Shown here: positions 56,948 to 64,000 of the stretch, one piece after another
How the letters are laid out: each line of letters starts with the position of its first letter
Position numbering within the stretch: position 1 is the stretch's first letter
Position numbers and translations under genes: made by a program
Assembly (NCBI RefSeq): GCF_009914755.1
Contig: NC_060948.1
Length of the DNA stretch: 64,000 nt
Strand: one strand, 5' to 3'
Origin: the human T2T-CHM13v2.0 reference genome, Homo sapiens
Notes under the pieces: model-generated
Databases searched by the model: none
What the model was told of the DNA's origin: nothing
Seen by the model: the letters and a program-made list of their open reading frames with translations, nothing else

Positions 56948-59900
56948 TCCAATGGAATAGAATCTAATGCAATAAAATCGACTCAGATAGAGTAGAATGT
57001 AATGGAATGGAGTGCAGTGCAATGGAATGGAATGGAATGGAATGCAGTGGAATGGAATGGAATGGAATGGAATGGAATGGAATGGAATGGAATGGTGTGG
57101 AATGGATAGTAATGGACTGGAGTGAAATGGACTGGAAAGGAATGGACTCAAATTGAATGGGCTCGAAAGGAATGGAGTCAAATGGAATGGTCTGGAATGG
57201 AATGAACACGAATGTAATGCAATCCAATAGAATGGAATCGAATGGCATGGAATATAAAGAAATGGAATCGAAGATAATGGAAACAAATGGAATGGAATTG
57301 AGTGGAATGGAATTGAATGGAATGGGAACCAATGGAGTGAAATTGTATGCAGTAGAAGAGAATAGAATGGAATGCAAGCGAAAGGAAAGGAATGGATTGG
57401 AATGGAATGGAATTCATTGGAATGGAAGGGAATGTAGTGTAATGGACAGGCCTGGAATAAAGTGGAATGCTACGGTCTCGAATGGAATAAAAATGTATGG
57501 AATGGAATGCAATGAAACGGAATCGAATGTCATAGAATGTAATGGAATGCAACAAAATGGAATCCAAAATCATTGACTGGAAAGGCTGGGTGTCGAAAGG
57601 AATTGACTCCAATGGAATGGAATCGAATGGAATGGAAGTGAATAGAATCGAACTAAATCGAATGGAATGGAATTGATAGGAACGGAATGGAAAGGAATGC
57701 AATGATTTGGCATGGAATGGAATCGAATGGCATCGAATGGAATGGAATGGAATGCAATGGAATGGAATGTATTAGAATGTAATGAACTTTAATGGAATGT
57801 ACTCGAATGGATTCGACTGGAATGGAATGTTCTGGAAGTGAATGGACTCCAATGGAATGGATTCAAAAGGAATGGAATCGTACGGAATGGAATCTAATGG
57901 AATGGAATTAAATGGAAATGAATCAAATTGAATAGCACGGAATTGAATTGAATGGAATGGAATGCAATGGAATCTAATGAAACGGAAAGGAAAGGAATGG
58001 AATGGAATGGAATGGGCTGGAATGGAAAGGAATCGAAACGAATGGAATGGAATCGAACTGAAGAGACTGGAATGGAATGCACTGGAATGGAAGGGAGTGT
58101 AATGGAAGGTTCTCGAAAAAAATGGAATGGAATGGAATGGAATTGAATGGAACGGAATAGAGTCGAATGGAATTGAATGGAATGGAATGGACTAGAGTGA
58201 AATGGAATCGAACCACAAGGAATGGACAGGAATAGAATGGTCTCGAATTGAATGGAATCGTATGGAATGGCATCAAAAGGAATGGAATGGACAGCCACGG
58301 AATAGAATGCACTCGAATGCAATGGAGTCGAAACTAATGGACTGGAATAGAATGGACTCGACTGGTACGGACTCCAATGGAATGGAATCGAATGGAAGGG
58401 AATCGAACGGAATGGACTCGAAGGGACAAGACTGCAATGGAAAGGTCTCGAATGGAATGGAAATTAATGGAATGGAATGGAATCGAATGAAATGGAGTCA
58501 AAAGGAATGGAATCGAATGGCAAGAAATCAAATGTAATGGAATCGCAAGGAATTGATGTGAACGGAACGGAATGGAATGGAATCCAAAGGAATGGAATAG
58601 AATGGAATGGAATCGAATGGAAAGGTCTCGAATGGAAATCACTCGAATAGAATGCAATTTAATAAAATAGGATCAAATGTAATGGAATGGAATGGAAAGG
58701 AATCGAAACGAAAGGAATGGAGACAGATGGAATGGAATGGAACAGAGAGCAATGGTATAGAATGGAATGGAATCATCTGGAATGGAATTGAATGGAATGG
58801 AATAATATGAAATGGAATGGAATGGAATGGAATGGAATGCCCTTGAATTAAATGGACTGGAATGGAATGGACTCGAACAGAGTGGAATGGAAAGTGTTGA
58901 GATAGAATGGAATGGACTCCTTTGGAATGGTCTAGTATGCAATGCAATCGACTGGTAGGGAATCAAAAGGAATGTAATCGAATGGATTGGACTGGAATGC
59001 AATGGACTCGAATAGATTGGAAACGGAATGCAAAGGAATGGAATGGAATAGTATGGAATGGAATGGAAAGGAATGGAGTGGAATAGACTAGAGTGGAATG
59101 GAATGGACTCGAAAGCAATGGACTGGAATGGAACTTTCTTGAATGGACTGGAATCAAACGGAATGGAATGCAATGCAATCAAATGGCATGGAATAAAATA
59201 GAATGAAAGAGAATCAAATGGAATTGAATCGAATGGAATCGAATGGATTGGAAAGGAATAGAATGGAATGGAATGGAATTGACTCAAATGGAATGGACTA
59301 GAATGGAATGGATTCGAATGGAAGGCAAAGGAATGGAATCTATTGGAATGGACTGTAATGGAATGGAATGGAAGGGATTGGAATGGACTCGAATGGAATG
59401 AACTGCAATAGAAAGGATTCGAATGGAATGAAAAAGAATTGAATGGAATAGAACAGAATGGAATCAAATCGAATGAAATGGAATGGAATAGAAAGGAATG
59501 GAATGAAATGGAATGGAAAGGATTCGAATGGAATGCAATCGAATGGAATGGAATCGAACGGAATGGAATAAAATGGAAGAAAACTGGCAAGAAATGGAAT
59601 CGAAATGAATGGAGTGTTATGGAACGGACTCAAAAGGAATTGAATGTAATAGAATGGAGTGGAGTGGACTCGAATATAATGGACTGGAATGGAATGAAAT
59701 CACATGGAATGGGAACGAATGGAATGGAATGGAAAGGAATGGAATCGAATGGAAAGGAATCGAATGGAAGGGAATGAAATTGAATCAACAGGAATGGAAG
59801 GGAATAGAATAGACGGTAATGGAATGGACTCGAATAGAATGGACACGAATGCTCAAATTGAATGGACTCGAATGGAATGGAAACGAAAGGAATGTCATCG

Positions 59901-60506
59901 AATGGAATTGAATCGATTGGAATGAAATCGCATAGAATGGAGTGGAATCAAATGGAATTGAATCGAAAGGAAAGGAAGCGAATGGACTGAAATGAAATGG
60001 AATGGAATTGAATGGAAAGTAATGCAATGGAATAGAATGGAACGAAATTTCACGGAATGGAATCAAACTGAATGGAATCAAATCAATGGAATCTAATCAA
60101 ATGGAATGGAAAGGAATTGAATGGAGTAGATTGGATTGGATGGGATTGGAATGAAATGTACTGGAAAGGACTCGAATTTCATGAAACGGAATGGAATGAA
60201 TTGGAACGGAATGGACTCGAATGGAATGGAATGTCATGGAATGGCATCAAATGGAATGGCATCAAATGGAATGGAATCGAATGCAATGGAATGCTATGGA
60301 ATGGAATGGAATGCATTGGAATGGAATGTCCTCTAATGGAATGGATTCGAGTGGAATGGAATCGAATATAATGGATTTGAATGAAATGGAATTGAAAAGA
60401 ATGGGATCAAATACAATGGAATATACTGGAATGTAATGTAATGAACTCGAATGTAATTGACTGGAATGGAATGTACATGAATGGAATGTAATCGAATGGA
60501 AAGTAA
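56948..60506 (+). repeat. DYZ1 unit 17 (3,559 bp)
   Basis: Anchor spacing. Confidence 0.9.
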
Positions 60507-63500
60507 TCCAATGGAATAGAAACTAATGCAATAAAATCGACTCAAATAGAGTAGAATGTAATGGAATGGAGTGCAGTGCAATGGAATGGAATGGAATGGA
60601 ATGCAATGGAATGGAATGGAATGGAATGGAATGGGATGTAATGGTGTGGAATGGATAGTAATGGACTGGTGTGAAATGGACTGGAAAGGAATGGACTCAA
60701 ATTGAAAGGGCTCGAAAGGAATGGAGTCAAATGGAATGGTCTGGAATGGAATGAACACGAATGTAATGCAATCCAATAGAATGGAATCGAATGGCATGGA
60801 ATATAAAGAAATGGAATCGAAGAGAATGGAAACAAATGGAATGGAATTGAATGGAATGGAATTGAATGGAATGGGAAGGAATGGAGTGAAATTGTATGCA
60901 GTAGAAGAGAATAGAATGGAATGCAAGTGAAAGGAAAGGAATGGATTGGAATGGAATGGAATTCATTGGAATGGAAGGGAATGTAGTGTAATGGACAGGC
61001 CTGGAATAAAGTGGAATGCTACGGTCTCGAATGGAATAAAAATGTATGGAATGGAATGCAATGAAACGGAATCGAATGTCATAGAATGTAATGGAATGCA
61101 AAAAAATGGAATCCAAAATCATTGACTGGAAAGGCTGGGTGTCGAAAGGAATTGACTCCAATGGAATGGAATCGAATGGAATGGAAGTGAATAGAATCGA
61201 ACTAAATCGAATGGAATGGAATTGATAGGAACGGAATGGAAAGGAATGCAATGATTTGGCATGGAATGGAATCGAATGGCATCGAATGGAATGGAATGGA
61301 ATGCAATGGAATGGAATGTATTAGAATGTAATGAACTTTAATGGAATGTACTCGAATGGATTCGACTGGAATGGAATGTTCTGGAAGTGAATGGACTCCA
61401 ATGGAATGGATTCCAAAGGAATGGAATCGTACGGAATGGAATCTAATGGAATGGAATTAAATGGAAATGAATCAAATTGAATAGCACGGAATTGAATTGA
61501 ATGGAATGGAATGCAATGGAATCTAATGAAACGGAAAGGAAAGGAATGGAATGGAATGGAATGGGCTGGAATGGAAAGGAATCGAAACGAATGGAATGGA
61601 ATCGAACTGAAGAGACTGGAATGGAATGCACTGGAATGGAAGGGAGTGTAATGGAAGGTTCTCGAAAAAAATGGAATCGAATGGAATGGAATTGAATGGA
61701 ACGGAATAGAGTCGCATGGAATTGAATGGAATGGAATGGACTAGAGTGAAATGGAATCGAACGAAAAGGAATGGACAGGAATAGAATGGTCTCGAATTGA
61801 ATGGAATCGTATGGAATGGCATCAAACGGAATGGAATGGACAGCCACGGAATGGAATGCACTCGAATGCAATGGAGTCGAAACTAATGGACTGGAATAGA
61901 ATGGACTCGACTGGTACGGACTCCAATGGAATGGAATCGAATGGAAGGGAATCGAACGGAATGGACTCGAAGGGAAAAGACTGCAATGGAAAGGTCTCGA
62001 ATGGAATGGAAATTAATGGAATGGAATGGAATCGAATGAAATGGAGTCAAAAGGAATGGAATCGAATGGCAAGAAATCGAATGTAATGGAATCGCAAGGA
62101 ATTGATGTGAACGGAACGGAATGGAATGGAATCCAAAGGAATGGAATAGAATGGAATGGAATCGAATGGAAAGGACTCGAATGGAAATCACTCGAATAGA
62201 ATGCAATTTAATAAAATAGGATCAAATGTAATAGAATGGAATGGAAAGGAATCGAAACGAAAGGAATGGAGACAGATGGAATGGAATGGAACAGAGAGCA
62301 ATGGTATAGAATGGAATGGAATCATCTGGAATGGAATTGAATGGAATGGAATGATATGAAATGGAATGGAATGGAATGGAATGGAATGCCCTTGAATTAA
62401 ATGGACTGGACTCGAACAGAGTGGAATGGAAAGTGTTGAGATAGAATGGAATGGACTCCTTTGGAATGGTCTAGTATGCAATGCAATCGACTGGTAGGGA
62501 ATCAAATGGAATGTAATCGAATGGATTGGACTGGAATGCAATGGACTCGAATAGATTGGAAACGGAATGCAAAGGAATGGAATGGATTAGTATGGAATGG
62601 AATGGAAAGGAATGGAGTGGAATAGACTAGAGTGGAATGGAATGGACTGGAAAGCTATGGACTGGAATGGAACATTCTTGAATGGACTGGAATCAAACGG
62701 AATGGAATGCAATGCAATCAAATGGCATGGAATAAAATAGAATGAAAGAGAATCAAATGGAATTGAATCGAATGGAATCGAATGGATTGGAAAGGAATAG
62801 AATGGAATGGAATGGAATTGACTCAAATGGAATGGACTAGAATGGAATGGATTCGAATGGAAGGCAAAGGAATGGAATCTATTGGAATGGACTGTAATGG
62901 AATGGAATGGAAGGGATTGGAATGGACTCGAATGGAATGGACTGCAATAGAAAGGATTCGAATGGAATGAAAAAGAATTGAATGGAATAGAACAGAATGG
63001 AATCAAATCGAATGAAATGGAATGGAATAGAAAGGAATGGAATGAAATGGAATGGAAAGGATTCGAATGTAATGCAATCGAATGGAATGGAATCGAACGG
63101 AATGGAATAAAATGGAAGAAAACTGGCAAGAAATGGAATCGAAATGAATGGAGTGTTATGGAACGGACTCAAAAGGAATTGAATGTAATAGAATGGAGTG
63201 GAGTGGACTCGAATATAATGGACTGGAATGGAATGAAATCACATGGAATGGGAACGAATGGAATGGAATGGAAAGGAATGGAATCGAATGGAAAGGAATC
63301 GAATGGAAGGGAATGAAATTGAATCAACAGGAATGGAAGGGAATAGAATAGACGGTAATGGAATGGACTCGAATAGAATGGACACGAATGCTCAAATTGA
63401 ATGGACTCGAATGGAATGGAAACGAAAGGAATGTCATCGAATGGAATTGAATCGATTGGAATGAAATAGCATAGAATGGAGTGGAATCAAATGGAATTGA

Positions 63501-64000
63501 ATCGAAAGGAAAGGAAGCGAATGGACTGAAATGAAATGGAATGGAATTGAATAGAAAGTTATGTAATGGAATAGAATGGAACGAAATTTCACGGAATGCA
63601 ATCAAACTGAATGGAATCAAATCAATGGAATCAAACCAAATGGAATGGAAAGGAATTGAATGGAGTAGATTGGATTGGATGGGATTGGAATGAAATGTAC
63701 TGGAAAGGACTCGAATTTCATGAAACGGAATGGAATGAATTGGAACGGAACGGACTCGAATGGAATGGAATGTCATGGAATGGCATCAAATGGAATGGCA
63801 TCAAATGGAATGGAATCGAATGCAATGGAGGGCTATGGAATGGAATGGAATGCATTGGAATGGAATGTCCTCTAATGGAATGGATTCGAGTGGAATGGAA
63901 TCGAATATAATGGAGTCGAATGAAATGGAATTGAAAGGAATGGGATCGAATATAATGGAATATACTGGAATGTAATGTAATGAACTCGAATGTAATTGAC
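60507..64000 (+). repeat. DYZ1 unit 18 (truncated by the window end)
   Basis: Anchor at 60,507; 10-bp deletion near 62,407. Confidence 0.9.

Larger units (their letters stand above)
1..64000 (+). repeat. DYZ1: Human Satellite 3 (HSat3) DYZ1 tandem array, ~18 x 3.56-kb units, most likely Yq12 heterochromatin
   Basis: Seen: continuous degenerate (GGAAT)n. A unique anchor (ORF MESNHKEW start) recurs at 1245, 4809, 8358, 11927, 15500, 19069, 22617, 26181, 29745, 33304, 36868, 40427, 43981, 47530, 51104, 54648, 58202 and 61751 (spacing 3,544-3,574). One GAATTC and one GGCC per consensus unit. Established: DYZ1 is a 3,564-bp pentamer-based EcoRI unit (the '3.4-kb HaeIII' Y repeat). Confidence 0.96.

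Noticed and set aside
1-64000. Hundreds of ORFs (MEWNG-type on +, FHSIP-type on -)
   Set aside because: Pure GGAAT/CATTC repeats contain no stop codon, so overlapping low-complexity ORFs appear in all frames. They recur per unit, are freely broken by indels, and have no recognisable domain.
1-64000. CRISPR-like or repeat-spacer array
   Set aside because: No constant repeat with unique spacers and no cas genes; the 'unique' motifs recur at the same position in every unit.
1-64000. Hidden insertion, Alu/L1, DYZ2 block or inversion
   Set aside because: All unit lengths are explained by indels of 20 bp or less, and the G-rich strand stays on + throughout.
1-64000. A regular 12-unit or strict 2-unit higher-order repeat over the whole window
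   Set aside because: Only units 6/18 (weakly 5/17) match at a 12-unit offset, and dimer periodicity is local to units 1-4 and 8-11.
1-64000. HSat2 or autosomal HSat3 assignment
   Set aside because: Lacks the HSat2 CATTCGATTC/ATGATG-type pattern as dominant motif; the 3,564-bp period and diagnostic sites fit DYZ1.
1-64000. Frequent CG>TG/CA private variants
   Set aside because: Expected decay of methylated CpG in heterochromatin; not unusual.

Overview
The whole 64 kb window is one uninterrupted, single-orientation array of human Satellite 3 (degenerate GGAAT/CATTC pentamers, G-rich strand on +). It is organised as 17 complete plus 1 nearly complete ~3.56-kb units (3,539-3,574 bp, modal 3,564 bp). 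The unit length, the single EcoRI and single HaeIII/StuI site per consensus unit, and matches to the classical DYZ1 PCR primer sites (recalled from memory) identify it as DYZ1 of Yq12 heterochromatin. I found no credible genes, RNA genes, transposons, DYZ2 blocks, inversions or foreign inserts: every unit-length difference is explained by small indels, and all ORFs are pentamer read-through artefacts. I did not find a new protein-coding system. The notable signals are: (i) three perfect heat-shock elements per unit (51 of 54 intact), (ii) nested monomer/dimer/trimer duplications and long-range mosaicism readable from diagnostic variants, (iii) one hypervariable (GGAAT)n tract, (iv) four fixed pentamer register breaks per unit, and (v) recurrent GG>TT doublet mutations. 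All variant calls were made by eye and need confirmation by alignment.
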